Shown here: piece by piece, positions 27,143-40,878 of the stretch
Position numbering within the stretch: the first letter of the stretch is position 1
Layout of the letters: each line of letters starts with the position of its first letter
Origin: Phoronis australis
Taxonomy: Eukaryota; Animalia; Phoronida
Reading direction: 5' to 3'
DNA length: 64,000 nucleotides
Assembly (NCBI GenBank): GCA_002633005.1
Contig: NMRA01000169.1
Coordinates: 537,387 to 601,386 of the forward strand
Made by a program: the position numbers and the translations under genes
Notes under the pieces: model-generated
Told to the model about the DNA's origin: nothing
Database searches by the model: none
What the model saw: only the letters and a program-made list of their open reading frames with translations

Positions 27143-28878
27143 GTATGTGAAAAATGCTTGAAACTTTGGTTTAAACTTTCACGTTGGGTCTCGATCGCCA
27201 TGTGACTGGGAAATTGAATCGGTGTTGTATGGGTGCTCTGCTTAAACTGAAACTAACTTGGTTGAAAATTTGTCTTATCAATACTTGGTCAATGCGTTTT
27301 GCTGTTACTTTAGTGTTTGCGTTGAAAAAGTTGGGTTTTTCATTGAGGGAAATTGGTTACTTCCCTCCCCTGTTCAGTGCATGGACTGTTCCGTCCAGAA
27401 GCTGTTTTCTTGAACCAATCAGACATCAATATGGTTAATCCAATCAGCAGTCCCCCTGTCTTACATAATCCCCTAACTGTATCCTCCATCATTCATACTG
27501 GGTCAATATTTACTGAAGTCAATCCCTTCAGGGCTGATATACTTAATGGATAAATCTCAAAACCTTCATTCATTCAGTTTTACTGTACCTATGGTATTGG
27601 AGTGGATGTACTACTATATGGACAGACTGAATAACCACACATTTTTAGAATAGCATTTGATTGAAGACATGCACTCTGACTGTGTCTCCTTGGAATATAC
27701 CATCTGTTCAGTCTAGCTAAGTTATGATAGCATGTTGAAAAGTCATCCAGTAACTTGGTGTTGTATGGATTAGTGAGGATGTCTGGGAGTTATCCCTATG
27801 TATTTTAGCACTTCCTGAGAGGCTTTCTCTTCGCAAGGCCATAGTTCTGTTTTCTTGGCATGCTTCAAGACATGAGTGTAAAGACATAATCTTTTTCAGT
27901 GACAAGTAAGTACAATATGTTTTCCATGTAAAAGCAGTTTCTCTAATGTTAGCAGAGTCTCAGAGTTTGGTTTATTGGAGTGACAATTGGCAATGGTGCT
28001 TCTGTTTGTAGTTAACAGAGCAAAAAACAATCAACTAGCAATGATGAATCAGTAAAAAGCAAAGATTAATTAAACATGGTTTGGGGAGTGGATGCGGATG
28101 TGTTTTCTAAAATGAGATTTCTTATTACGATAATTATTATTCAACTTGGGACAGTGCTTATTTGTTTATTTATATTTGTAAACATACCAATTTCGACCAC
28201 GAAGCTGCCTCTGTTGGAAAATGACACTTTAAGACCATTGCCAGTTTTTGATTTATTAAGAAAAATACCCAGCTTCAGTACCAAAATTTGTGAAAGTACA
28301 TGCTGCATCAGGGAGTCTTCTTGTCACAAGTGGGCGAATTCCTGAATATTACTTATTTTCCTGGCCATGGTGCAATTTGGATGTCGGGGATTGATTTTTA
28401 CTCGACAAGTACTGCAAAGTATTTAAAAAGTTCTTTTGAACATTCAAAGAAAATGTCTGTTCATCATTGGGAGATTTTTTGCATAAATCTGATTTCAGAT
28501 TGTTATGTTTTGAATCAGCATCATAGCATGCATCTATCGTAACAGTAACGGCCAGTTTGAAAGAATTTGAATTTAAATGTGTTGCATTTAAAGTTGGCTT
28601 TGGACTAGCAATCTTAATATGGGCAGTCATTCGAGGCAGTATAAATAAATGAATGGTGAGTGTGTACTCACAGTGCTGGTTAGTGCCCTCCTCTAGATAT
28701 CAGTACATTAACATTCATTTGAGTCAGCTACCTGTTCTGTCCCGGGGGTCTGTTATTCGTACTTAAAATCAAACTAGAAATTATTTTTGACATTTTATGT
28801 TCTACTTTTGTGCAAGATGAGGATGATCGAGTACTTGATAGTTGATGCACATGAGTTTGTAGTCCAAGTTTGCACTCG

Positions 28879-28993
28879 ATGACCCCTAGATTTGAGCTAC
28901 AAACTAGTGAAAATTTGAGATTTCGAAGGACTCGAACTTCTAGCCTTAATGCTGGGTTCATTGAGTGCAAACTAATATTAGACAGTTATCCTG
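28879..28993 (+). CDS. Candidate alternative first exon (MTPRFELQTSENLRFRRTRTSSLNAGFIECKLILDSYP+G)
   Basis: 38 open codons after an in-frame TGA at 28852; donor CTG|GTAAGG at 28993/28994; phase 1 matches exon 38899; carries the same kind of basophilic Ser motif (RRTRTSS) as the other exons. Confidence 0.5.
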
Positions 28994-31900
28994 GTAAGGC
29001 ATATGTGCTCAAGTGTAGAATAATAGACACTTAACTTGAGTTTGCACAAAACTAGAATAGGAAATAGCAAAAATGAGTAAGATTTTAAGAAAAAGATTGG
29101 ACCCCGTCCCCAACTGGTCATTCCTGGTCATGTTTTAGCATTGACATCATTGAGTTGTAACATATTTGTCTGCGATACTACCAGTGCTCGAGTGGAGAGG
29201 CATCTAGGCTCCCTTACGTCACCTGACGGCTTTTATGAAATGATACAAATATTGGTTTGTGGTTCATGTCATTTGTGATTTTTCTAATGATTACGTAGTT
29301 GATAGGTGTCACAGAGCATCTGCAGGAATGTTTCTCTGTAGGGGTCACTGCTTGTCAAACTTTTCACTAATTAAAGTAAAATGTGTTGATAGTCTTATTC
29401 TGTAGATTTGGTATACATTTAGGATTTGAAATAAGTATTTTGTCATTACGAAAAATGTAAAATATGCTTTTTGAAATCATAAAATTTCATTCATTTGGTA
29501 AATTGAAATTGTTTTTAAAGTCCATATGAATCTTTTACCACTTTCTAGTAATTATGGGCTCCAAATTGTAAAAGGACCTTAACTAAATTAACAATTTTTA
29601 CCATATACCCGTCATTATGTAAGCTGCAGAAGCGTTAAAAATTATGGATTTGTTAAGTCATTTGTAAATGTATGCAAGTATGGTCTACTGCTCAAAATGA
29701 GGATTTTTAAGAGAAAATCATTTTTACGTGTTTTGGAATTTCCCATGTATTGTACCTGTAGCCTTCCTGGCCTCCATTCTTTGAATGAAGCCTGACAATG
29801 GCGGATGCTTTACTTGTGTTTGTCACTGCGAGATCTTACAAGAAATTGGTTATAAATTCCAACTTTAAAACTTATGTGTGCCATACCTGCTTACAGATAC
29901 CAATAAGTGCTTCATTTCGCCAATGCTTTGATAGATCAAGGGAAATTCAACATTCTTGAATACAACGTGAAATCAATTTATGAAATTATGGAAATAAACA
30001 GGTCTCAGAGTTGGCATTTTTCATTGATGATCTCTGAGTGTCTGACCTCCATAAATATCTGATTTATTAGTTTAACAAAATGCTTTAAATTACTGCATGA
30101 GTCAGTGATCATGTTCCTACATGCCACAAGGAATGCCAGACTGGTCCTGTCCATACAAGTAGTTATTGAATGATGTGCGTGAGGTAGTCAAGTTACCACA
30201 CTGCTCCCACTGAACGGTGATGCTCAAAATGTTTGCTTTTAAGCGTACAAGCTGGGCTTGCCGTCCACCCTTGAATTATACAACGGAGACTTCCTTAAAA
30301 TTGCCAGTTGTCTCTGAATGTTTCCTTTCATCAGAATTCTAACTCTTAAAAGGTACGCAATTGGTTACAGCCAGTTTCAGGGGTCCCGCATTTGGAGAAT
30401 CAGTTTTCTTCACTGAATAGCGGACATGAAAATGGTTCTCATAATGCAAGAGACTTGTGGCTATTGCTGAATGTTGTCCGATGTCACTGTTGTTCCCTGG
30501 GTGTTTCAGTGAACTTCTGTTTGTTGAAGTACCCACCTCCCCCTGACTTCTCAAAAATTTTAAGCACAAATGTTCCTGCTTAATACCCAACATCTGATTT
30601 TTTTAGTTCCCCAATTTATGCGCCGTGGGCGATAATCTCAGTGGAGGTGAATTGTGTTATCTCAGTGTACTGTAGTATTTTATTGACATGTCTGGTTAAA
30701 AAATGTTATTTTTTTTAAATTATTTTTACTAAACTTTTCATTTTTATTCTTGAAAATCATAAAAGTCCATAAAAATCCTATTTTTATAGCCCTCAATTCA
30801 TGGAGAATTTCAAAACCACTTCCAAACAGCCTTGAAAACTGTGTATAAAACATAGTATCTGAATCCGATTGGCTATTTGTGGGAAATTATTTTCTAAAGA
30901 TAGCCAAATTTGAACATTTTTCGATAGAGTCCTGGATAAATTCAATGTGATGGTCAGTCAGTCTGGCCATAGACTCCTCTTACAGGCTCATCAAAGCATT
31001 GCTTTACAACAGTGGTCACTTGAGACAGGAGTACCAGGTGTCCTGTCATGAATACTCTTTGAGTTTGTAATGTCTCAATGACCATCCAAGTCTCCTCATG
31101 AAAGTACATACCTCCATGTTTATCAATTCCAGGGTGTGATTATCAGTTAAAATCTCTTTAAAACTACCAAAACCAACTTAGCATGTAGACCACTTAACCA
31201 TTATGAAATTGATCTCCAATTGTTCCCGAGTGAAATACAGTAACAGTGATTTCAGGACATGAAGAGGACTGACAGTTTTGTGTTGCCTGAGAGCGGCTGT
31301 ACCTGTAGGCTTGACACAAAGGCATGTCATTTTTGCCGGAGTAAGGTCTCCAGGAATAACAAACTAACAGTTCTTTGCAAGACCAAAAATCACTTCTCAC
31401 GTGAACAAGGGACCAATTTTATAGCAGCAAGTGGTCTAGGATAAAAATTCACTTTTTGACTGAAGGCCTCACTTGTATGGTTTTGATAAGCTCAGTCAAT
31501 AAGGAAAATGTGTGACTATAGAAATCAAATATTTTTTACATTTTAGTTGTTTACTTGCCTTGCTGGTCCATGAAACTTACTGGCAGATAAGAAATACACA
31601 AATCCACTTGCCTTGTTGATTTCCTCTCAGGAATTACGTGATTAACTTATTTTCTCGGTGATGTCTAAACCCTAGCCATTTTGGTTTTTGCCTGAGGAAA
31701 TAGTCAAAAAATCAAAAAATCTACAGGCTTTCTTTTTTTCCAAAAATATGTACTTTTACCATTTTAAAACCATTTTTTCTGGAGGCAGATCCAACCACAA
31801 ATCACATTATTGAAATGTATGTTCTCCCATCAAAAAGGTAGATATGCCATCAGATTTGAAGTCATGTGAAAGGAAGTCAAAACAGTCATGATGTGATAAC

Positions 31901-33402
31901 ATGTGGAACTTTTTTCAGACTCAGACATATGATGAGCTATCACGTGAAACTTTCAGACTGCACATTTATGTCCTGCCAATTTTTGACATACTTGTATAAA
32001 ATGTGGTTGTTTCCTCAATCTCAGATCATGGTGCCCTAGTCAGGAATGTATTGTCTCAAATCTGCAGGTGAATTTATCAGCTGAGTGGCAATAAAACTGC
32101 ATTCCTTCACCTCAAACTACAACCCCTTAGGAGTAACTGTTTTAAACTGTTATAACTGTTGATGTTTATGTCATTTATAAAGCAGGATGCCAACCTCCAT
32201 TTTATACAGTAAATGGCCCACACATTTGATTACACCTGTGGTCCATGACAATTGCGTTGTGTGGAAGTGACATGGCCTTATTTAGGTATCGAATTAAATA
32301 TGAACTATTTTACAAAAGTAGCAATTACATCAAAGGTATACCAAACTGATTATAGCACTCTGAACATAATCCAATACAATGGTGTTCAAAGGTTGTGTAG
32401 TGTCAGGATTTAAGGATTCTATTATTTGATTTCAATTTTTTTTATTTAGGAAAAATGTCATATATTCAAAGAGCATTACTTAGTAATCAGTTTCGATTGA
32501 TAAATTTGTTTTCGTCAATGATTTTTTGTAAACTACGAAGGAGAAAGTGTTTTTTGATTAGTGGAGCAGTCTGCCTTCTTTCCGCATGATTTCCAACAGT
32601 GACTCCTGGTGTCCAAATATTGACTTAGTCTTTAAAATCACCCATAATAACTGACTTTTAATACTCTGTAAATCCATACAATTTAAGGCTTCATGGAGTA
32701 GTGTATACAATATTAGATTACCTGTCTGTCAGCCTGTTGTGTTGGATGTATTCACAGTGGTCACATTCAACTCTAGGGGGCTGTGTTTTGGTAGGAATTC
32801 CCTAACTGGCATTTCTGAGTTTTCCCCTTGAGCTCTTGTCATTTGTGGAGGCCTGAAAACTTTGAAGTTGGCATCTGTGGTGACTTTTGTAAATAATCGA
32901 GGTAACTGTAGATTTTGTGCGGTGTATGTGTTGATTTCATTGTATAAAGCTAGGATTCAACATAAGTTTTGTACTCTGATTCAAAACTAAGCCATTGTCA
33001 ATATGGCGTGTGTTTTGTGGGGTTTGGAATGTGATTTAAAAATGAAAAGAACATTGCAGTTTTTAGAAACTGTTTTAGTAATAATTTTGTTATTTAAAAA
33101 GTTTGTGAGATATTAGTTATTAGAAATAGCTTGCTCTCAAATTGGTTATGTAACTCTTGTTATTCAAAAATAATTATCAATGTCATCATTTATATTTCAA
33201 AGGCTGATTTAACCATATTGCAAGTAATTGGAACTTTGCCAAATGTTGTTTTATGACATGTACACAGTACAGGACATGCTATGGACTTCAGAGTTTAATA
33301 ATCGTCATTTTGGTCAAGAATTTTGTGAAACTTCAGTCTACTCATGCGGTATGCAAAGCAGGTGGAAATTTACTTTAGTTCATGAAATTTTCATTCAACA
33401 TA

Positions 33403-33839
33403 TACCGGGATTTTCCGTAGATAAGCCCACCCGATGAAACGCTCATGGGCGTTTATTGAGAAAAAATTATGGGCATTTATTTGGTGTTACAACTTCTGGT
33501 GTTGATTGTCCAGATAGTGGGGCGTTTATTCTGCAAATTTCCTCATAAAAGCCTGATCAGAATCATCTTTTAGTGACAAGTTCAATTTTGTGGTGTATTT
33601 ATCATTTCTAAAAAACGAACAAAGTGTTGGTGAACTATGCATTAAGTAACATAGAATTTAGAAACACAGTTTTAAGTAAAACATGTCAGGAAACCTCTAA
33701 ATCAAAATTATGACTTTCCCTTGACACGTCCCCCTTTTCCAAATAAACGCCCGGGGCGTTTAATGGGTGTTACTAAAATGCCTGAAATTTTTCATTTCCG
33801 AATACATGCCCATGGGCTCATCTAGGTAAAACCCCAGTA
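33403..33839. mobile_element. MITE with about 26-bp imperfect TIRs and TA ends (Tc1/mariner-type)
   Basis: Left taccgggattttccgtagataagccc versus reverse complement of the right end tactggggttttacctagatgagccc; subterminal palindromes aaacgctcatgggcgttt and aaacgcccggggcgttt. Confidence 0.7.
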
Positions 33840-34539
33840 ACATTAGCATTTCAGTAGTGCAACATTGTGTTAAACATTCAGTTTTCAAGTTCGTGTTTAA
33901 ACCTGTGCCTTCTGCCAAAAACAACTTTTGTTTAAGGCCATTAATATTTATAAAATTGTCTCATCTGATCACTTACTCAGATTAGAAATGATGTCTGTGA
34001 TTGAAGAGATCTGACATGTCGCCATTTGCTTCTCATTGGGGGTTAAACTGTGTTCATGCAGTTGTGGAATTTTTATAACAGGGCTGGTGAGAAGACGGAT
34101 CAGAAGGTTAAAATGAACATTTAAAAGATGTTCTATCTGCCATCTTGCAAGTAATTAGCATGCCACTATTGTGCAGAATGCACATTAATATTTTGGCCAA
34201 TCATGTGAGAGCATTTTTTCATGCAACGGATCAGCTGCCCAGTCAGATGACAGCACTGACAGATAAAAGTGGGAGGGGCTGAAGTGAGTGGCAGCCTGGG
34301 CATGTTGCAATGAATGGCAAATTGAAATGTTTCGTGCTGTGGAAGAGCTTTTTGGCGATGACCAGGGGGAGCCATGAACCCATCGTGCCTGCCCACACCT
34401 CAGTGGAAGGCAGTTCTGAATTCGTAGGAACACTATTAGTTTCAGTGGCAGTCATGCCGGCAGGACAATTCCAGACGATTTGTTTCAAACAATTTATTTC
34501 AATTGAAACAAAGTAAAAACCAGGAAGACATTGCTTTGG

Positions 34540-34900
34540 AAGAGGCTTAAGATTATCTAGGACTTTAATAAACGACCTTAACTCAAGTTAAATATCGAAA
34601 AAAAAACATGCTTTGTCAACCATTAAAAGTATAAATTTTCGGAAAGGAGAAAGATGGAGGATTCTAAAAATGTGATTCTTACTACTGTGTCTACTATTGT
34701 CACATGACTACATTTTTAAGTCAAGTTTTCATTATGCAAGAAAGGTACATTCATAGGAAAAGAACCCCCAGCCGATTTTACTAAAACTTTATGAATGAAA
34801 ACTTTCCGTCACGTCTCAAAAATGCGGTTAAGAATTTTTGATTATTCACTTAGTTTGGGTTTTATGCCAAATTAAGGTGCAATACACAAGGTATTTTTGT
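34540..34900. mobile_element. Truncated second copy of the 6715-7372 element family
   Basis: Shared blocks, e.g. taaaagtata.attttc.gaaag, aagaaagg(c/t)acattca, cgatttta.t.aaac.ttt.t.aatgaaaactt, aaggtatttttgt. Confidence 0.7.
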
Positions 34901-37661
34901 TGTATGAAGAGCTTGTCAATAAGTGTGTCTTGTGTAGACCTATTAATCAACATAAGTGTCACTTGTGAATTTACAGCTGTCTATCAAATCCCCTGGCTGT
35001 GTGTAGTGTAAAATGTTGTTTCAAGGGAGGTTGGTATCTGTAATTTTACTGAAATAGGGTTGGTAGAATGCATTTTACTCCAGATTTTCCTAGAAATTTG
35101 ATAGCCCCCCAGCTTGTTTGCGAGTCGGCTCACCTACAACTACCAGACAACATGTCATGGAAATCAATGAAATTTCGTGGGTCTGCTTCAAAATTTTCAG
35201 CAAAGGGACGTCTGCAAGAGATAAGGAAATGGGAGACGTTATCAAAAGCAGGAATATTCGCTTGGCGTTGCTTTTGGTGCTCAGTATTACAAGACAACCC
35301 AATGCTTTTTCTTTTGAAAATACTGCATTTGGTTACATGAAAAGGTAGTATGACTAGCACTAGTTTTGCCTTTCAAATGAAATGAAGTGTCCGTAACTTC
35401 CAACCAGTTGGAATGTCTGAAAGTTCCTTTGTTCCAGAAACTTAACAGGGATCATTTCAGAAAAATGTGGTTATGGGTGAATTGACCGTTGCCCTGAAGT
35501 CATTGGGCCAATCTGGAGCACCTATGAGCCGTGTTAATATTTGTCCTTTTTCACTTCCAATTTTAATGGGCCTGTTGGCCTGAGCTAAGCAATCATAGTG
35601 CGTCAATTCAATTATTTGTGCTCCAGTGACGCTAGGGCGCTCCTAATATTGTCCTGCCTGAACCCAATAATTGTAATGTGATGTCCTGAATCTCAGTCTT
35701 GTTATCTAAGAGTATGGGGGTAGGTGACTTCTTCAGCTGTCCTGCAAATTGATGTCTTTCCTATGGTCATTTGTCAGACATTGTTCAATGACCCTTGGTC
35801 AGTGGTAAGATAGCCTGTTTCAAGAGACACTTGAGAGTACCTCTTGAACAGAACGATTATCACCCACACCAATCCTAGAGATAGCCATCCATTGTACACA
35901 GCTTTGGGTTCTGAATCTAAGTTTGAGTTAAACATTTTCAAGTGGTTATGTATTACATGTCTTATCTGACATTTATTGGCTGACTGTTAAGTGCTGCCTT
36001 GTGATTTGCCTACTGCAAACTAGACTTGAAAGCTTCCCTAATGCATTTCTGGTTGCTAATTTACTGGTGATCTAATCCTTTTCTTAAGAGTGAACAGAAT
36101 ACCATAGTATTATATTGTTGATCATCAATGCCATGGTAAATCTTCACTTATACCACTAAAAAGTAACTGCCAAAATTGTCTTGTTCACAATATTCAAGTG
36201 TTGATTACCATGTTGCCACAAGTTGTTATATCACAGCTTCACACTGCAAACACTGCTTATAGTAGACTAAAATGTTATTCAGCCTTATTTTTGCTGAGAA
36301 ATTTGGCAAAGTAGGTTTTCATATGTCAGCTTGAATCGTGTGCTGAACAGGGAAGAATAACCTGTGAGTGAGAAGAGATAATTATGGTCATGGTGTAGTT
36401 TTGAAGGCTTTCAAGCCTAATATGACATGGCTTATACCACTTTGTGCCAGTGCCATTTGTGGCATGGTTTTGCATGTTCAATTAGTTTGATTAATGGATT
36501 GCTTCCAATTGGGTCTGCCCATGAGGCATATTAATGTCTGTAGAGTACACATAAGTAATGAAGTGGTCGTCAATTATTTATCATCGTTACTCACGTTTGG
36601 AGGAAATTTTTGTTTTGATGTTTTCACCTGATGTATCTTCATTCTTTGTAGGTGGTTAGGTTAATTAATGGATTAGCCCCGAAGTAATTAATAATGAAGT
36701 ATTTGTTACCTGTAGCAATTAAGTGATTAGGAATTCATGTGTTCCTTCATTTGAATTTTTCCAATAACGAGCTGCAGGTCACATTTGTGACCTGGAGTTT
36801 GGAAATGTGAGATGAGATTTTGCTTTAGTCGCACAGCACACGTGCTACTTGGAAATCTGATCTGAACCTTGTGAGTGACCTGCAGTCTAGAAATGCCACT
36901 TGTCGAATTTGTCACAGCGGGGAGGGCTGCAAGCTGTGTAAGGGTCCCGATCACTGCTAACATATTGACCAAGTGGACGGACTGTGGACTTGGACAGACT
37001 TGTAAGTCTGTTCTTAGCATTGGCATTCTTGATATTGGAGTTCCTTCTCAAGGAGCTTGGCTGTTTGTCCTCATTTTTCTTTTGTATCAATAACCTGTTT
37101 GATGTTATCAGAATTACTGTTAAGGTATTAACTAATCCCTGTAGTGGGATAGGCAAGGCTTGCTTAGAATTCCTTTGCATTGACAATAGTTCAGCACAGT
37201 TATGGAATATAGCAGTAATGTGTTTGAATAGTCTGTTTAATTTGTTTTGAGTTGGTTTTGTTTTGTTTCTGTTATATGCCTGGGTTTGTTGTCAGGCCTC
37301 AGGGTAGTTGACTGGTCAATGCCTGGGGCAATATTGGTTGAGCAATGTGTATTTACAAACTGAAATCTCAGAGATTGGAGTCTGCAATGATATAACTTCA
37401 TTGTTACAGTCATTTATGACCAATGATGGAATCTCTCATGGTGGGTCAAGTCAATATTCTGGCAAGTGCTTTGGCTTTGAAGTGTATTGGAGCACACACA
37501 AGGCAGGCGACTGGGAGTTGTTATGACAAGGCTGTGTTGCTTTATTTTGACTGACGGAATTATTATCGTTTTTTGTTTGGGGTCCTACATACAGTTAGAG
37601 CCCGGCTTGCCAGGCAGTTGTTATTATGGTATTGTGTAATTAATCCAGTTGTCTTCAGAAC

Positions 37662-37683
37662 ATGGAGACCTCATTCTCAATAG
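37662..37683 (+). CDS. Candidate alternative first exon (METSFSI+G)
   Basis: Strong Kozak aacATGg; donor TAG|GTAGGT at 37683/37684; phase 1 matches exon 38899, 1.2 kb downstream. Confidence 0.35.
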
Positions 37684-38898
37684 GTAGGTGACCACAAGAT
37701 TTGGTACCAGTAGGCTGGTGGTGTCTTGTGTTTTTGGAAGTTATGTTTGCAACGTTTGAAAAGTTTTTTATCTTTACCTTAAACTGAGTCATGCATCACA
37801 TCCGGCCGTCTTGTCTCCTCACTTGATTTGTTGAAGGTAAATCTGGTTGTTTTCTCCTTGGTATGTCTAACATTCTGTTGTTTAATAGATCAGTTACCTT
37901 GGTGCTTATCATACTGTAAAAAATCTTGTTTGTGACACAGTATGGAGTGGAGAGGTGAACTTTTGATTTTGTAAAATGTCTCAACAAAAATAACTTTCTT
38001 TTCATGAAAACATGCCTTGCTTTTAACATGGTTTGTATGGTGCAGCTATTGCCAAACAACATTTGGTAAATTTTGAGCATTTGCAATATTGTGGTAAGCC
38101 TTTGGATAATAAAAATATGGCAAATTTCAAAATCATTTTTGTCCCAAGTTGAAGAATTTCTACCGTAATACCATGTTGACCATAATTTTATGAAATATGT
38201 TTTGGGATTTTGAGAGGTGATAGCTTGTGGGAACGGATTAAATTTTCTTGCAACAGGCACTTTTCTAGCGTTGCCATTTTGAATTAAATTCGTCACCCAT
38301 TGTAATTGGTCCATCAACGCTTTCCCTTTGGCTCATGGTTGGTGGTCCTTATGAGTAACTTGCCAACCAATAGTTATTACTGGCAATAACTTTTGAGTGT
38401 AAATATACTGAATACTGGACCAAATAAACATTAGAATAGAAGCACTTGCTATGATCTCAGTACGAACTCCATGGGCGGCATTGCTTTTAAGTCATGTTTT
38501 TAACCAAAGTTTCCTGTTTAAGCCTTGTCCCCAACCTGTCACCAAATTCTTCGGACAGCGTTAAATATCCCTACAAGGCCTTCTTAAAGGAGTTAAAACT
38601 CCACATCGAAGTACATGTGCAACAAATATGACTGACTGCTAATTCGGTAATAGTCACTTAAAGAGAACCTGCATTTTGAAGACCTGTTTTCTCCACTGAA
38701 TAATGGACACTGTACTGGTTTTCAAAATTCAAACCTCTGTATGTGACTTACTGTCAGCTATCATCTTCATCCGCTTGAGTTCAGCTTTCTTTGCCATTTT
38801 CACCTCAAGTGGGCTGCGGCCCCACTATTGCCAATTGGCTGTTTATTGCTATTGCCATTATGACCTTGACCTTTATTCATGTGTCTGTTTCTTTCCAG

Positions 38899-39011
38899 AG
38901 CCTTCCTATGAGCGAACCATAGAGCAACAGCAACGACGCGGCAGCTTGCCCTTGGCCGTGCCTGTTGCCAGTGTTGATGACAGTGTCGACGGGACATCAA
39001 ACAAAATCATG
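38899..39011 (+). CDS. Shared internal exon of a SynGAP/DAB2IP/RASAL2-family Ras-GAP ((E)PSYERTIEQQQRRGSLPLAVPVASVDDSVDGTSNKIM)
   Basis: Acceptor tgtttctttccAG at 38897-38898; donor ATG|GTGAGT at 39011/39012; phase 1 to 0; GC-richer than its flanks. SYE...RRGS.P resembles from memory the N-terminal block of invertebrate family members. Confidence 0.85.
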
Positions 39012-40780
39012 GTGAGTACTGCTTGCTGTTTGGAGGCGTTGTTCTCACGGGAGTGGCCATTTTACTACCCCGTGTGATTTGCGATAAAATTTCTTAGAAT
39101 GCTGTCATTGATTGCACATGTATTCCACTGTGGTGAGCTTCGCTTTGACATTATCTGGTTAAGTAAGTAAATGGTAGTGGTATAAGGCTGTGTTCTAGAG
39201 TGGGATAGAAAACGAATAATTCGCTATTTAAAAACCAACATGCAAAATGTATGCTATCTGCTAGAACTGGTGCTCTGTGCCTTGCAAAGCTTGTTGGTAC
39301 ATTGTCTGTAAAGCAGTTTATGGTTGGATATCTTGTCTTGGCAACATTTGTGGAAATGCCGTTTGACCCGGAAGTAAATTGATCCGGTTCGTTTTGTTCC
39401 GGTATTGAAGTCGTCATTTGAACCTTCTTTGGTGCACCATATGTCCAGGTGGTAGTTGACGTGAGTGACTGAATGTTCGCTAAAAAATGTGGTTGAAACC
39501 TTTTTGAGTTGCTGTGTTATGCTACCAGCAGATTTTTTATATGAGGGGTTCTTATTTTTTGTCACATTCCCATTTGAAGCGATGGCCAGTTGAAGGTCTG
39601 AAAGTAGAATTTTTGACTGTTGTGTGACCATCTCTTTTTAGTAGAAGTATTAAAGAGGTAAGGTGCGTTCATAGGAAACAATGGTGCCTTTAACATGACG
39701 GACATCAAATTGATTGATAGCTTGTAGTTGACGGTAATTTTTGACTTTGGGACTTGGAATATGGCGTATTTATAGCAACTAGTAGAAGCTCTGAATTGAA
39801 CTAAAACAAATTTTCACTGTCCCAAATTGAAGACATTTTGCCTTAAGACATCATTCTGCTGGCTTCAGCTGCATAACCCTATAATACTGTACATTTTACA
39901 GACTCAAAAAATACCAAGTCATCAGTCAAAGAACTTGACGCCTAATCTAGTACAACTGCAACAAATTTCCCTGTCATAAATACCTCTGGACTGATTATAT
40001 TTATCCCAACAACCCATAGAGATAGATAACCCCTACCTACTGAATAGAGCCCCATGCCAGTAGGGGGTTGTTCATATTTGATTAGCTCCTGAAACACCTG
40101 TGTTTATTACTCCCAAATCAGGTGTATACAAGATTTGAGTTGCTGTTTTGGTGTCAATCTTCTCTGTGGCTAACTACAGCTGTTTATTTGTTGCCCATAA
40201 ATTCGGATAAATTGCTCTTAAACACGTATTTTTTGCAATCCGCAGTTCAGTTACATACTGGTTGTTACATACCCTGTGAGGTTATTTTTTAGTTTCCAAG
40301 CTATTTTTGGTTAATGCTAAATTTCTGTTTCCAGAAATCCTAGTCAGACAACATGTACTTGTAAAATAATGGAATTAGTCCAATCACTTCCTTCAGGGGG
40401 AAAACTTTGAATTTGTTAAGAGAACATGCAGATTTCTTAATTCTTAATTTTTTGGCATTCTTCGACAATTTTAGATGCCATTAGTTTTAATTTTCAATCT
40501 CCATATCGTCTTTATGTCAGAATTGTCGTAACTAGCTGTCATGGTCCTTATTTTGTGTGAGAAATAATTGATTCTTTACTGCTTGAAGTTGAGCTTTTGT
40601 TTCTATCCAATGGTTTTTATTAGGGAAGGAAATTTTGTTTCCTTTTTAATTTAATTAGATAAAGAAATTGTGGCGTCTACAGGTCGTAAATGATAACAAT
40701 TGAATTGTGGGATCATAACAAGAATGCCATCAAATTATCGTTTCCCAGAATGTACAGTCATGACTTCAAGGGAAATATAA

Positions 40781-40878
40781 TACAAGACAAAAGTAATCAA
40801 ACAAAATACAGCACAAGACAAAAGTAATCTGACAAAATATAGTGCAAGTACAAGACGAAAGTAATCAGACAAAATATC
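40781..40878. repeat. Short tandem repeat, about 31-37 bp x3
   Basis: acaagac(a/g)aaagtaatc..acaaaata occurs three times. Confidence 0.8.

Noticed and set aside
28619-28661. ATG-AAT-G|GTGAGT strong donor in phase 1
   Set aside because: Only two codons, immediately after an in-frame stop of an upstream ATG; too little evidence.
35068-35348. Overlapping 76-90 aa ORFs with a protein-like stretch (MSWKSMKFRGSASKFSAKGRLQEIRKW)
   Set aside because: No convincing phase-1 donor and no recognisable homology.
36984-37250. Hydrophobic ORF resembling a signal or transmembrane peptide
   Set aside because: Starts at GTG rather than ATG; T-rich intron composition explains the hydrophobicity; only a weak GC donor in the right phase.
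37796-38317. 173-aa minus-strand ORF
   Set aside because: Non-ATG start in the track, AT-rich low-information composition, no domain recognised.
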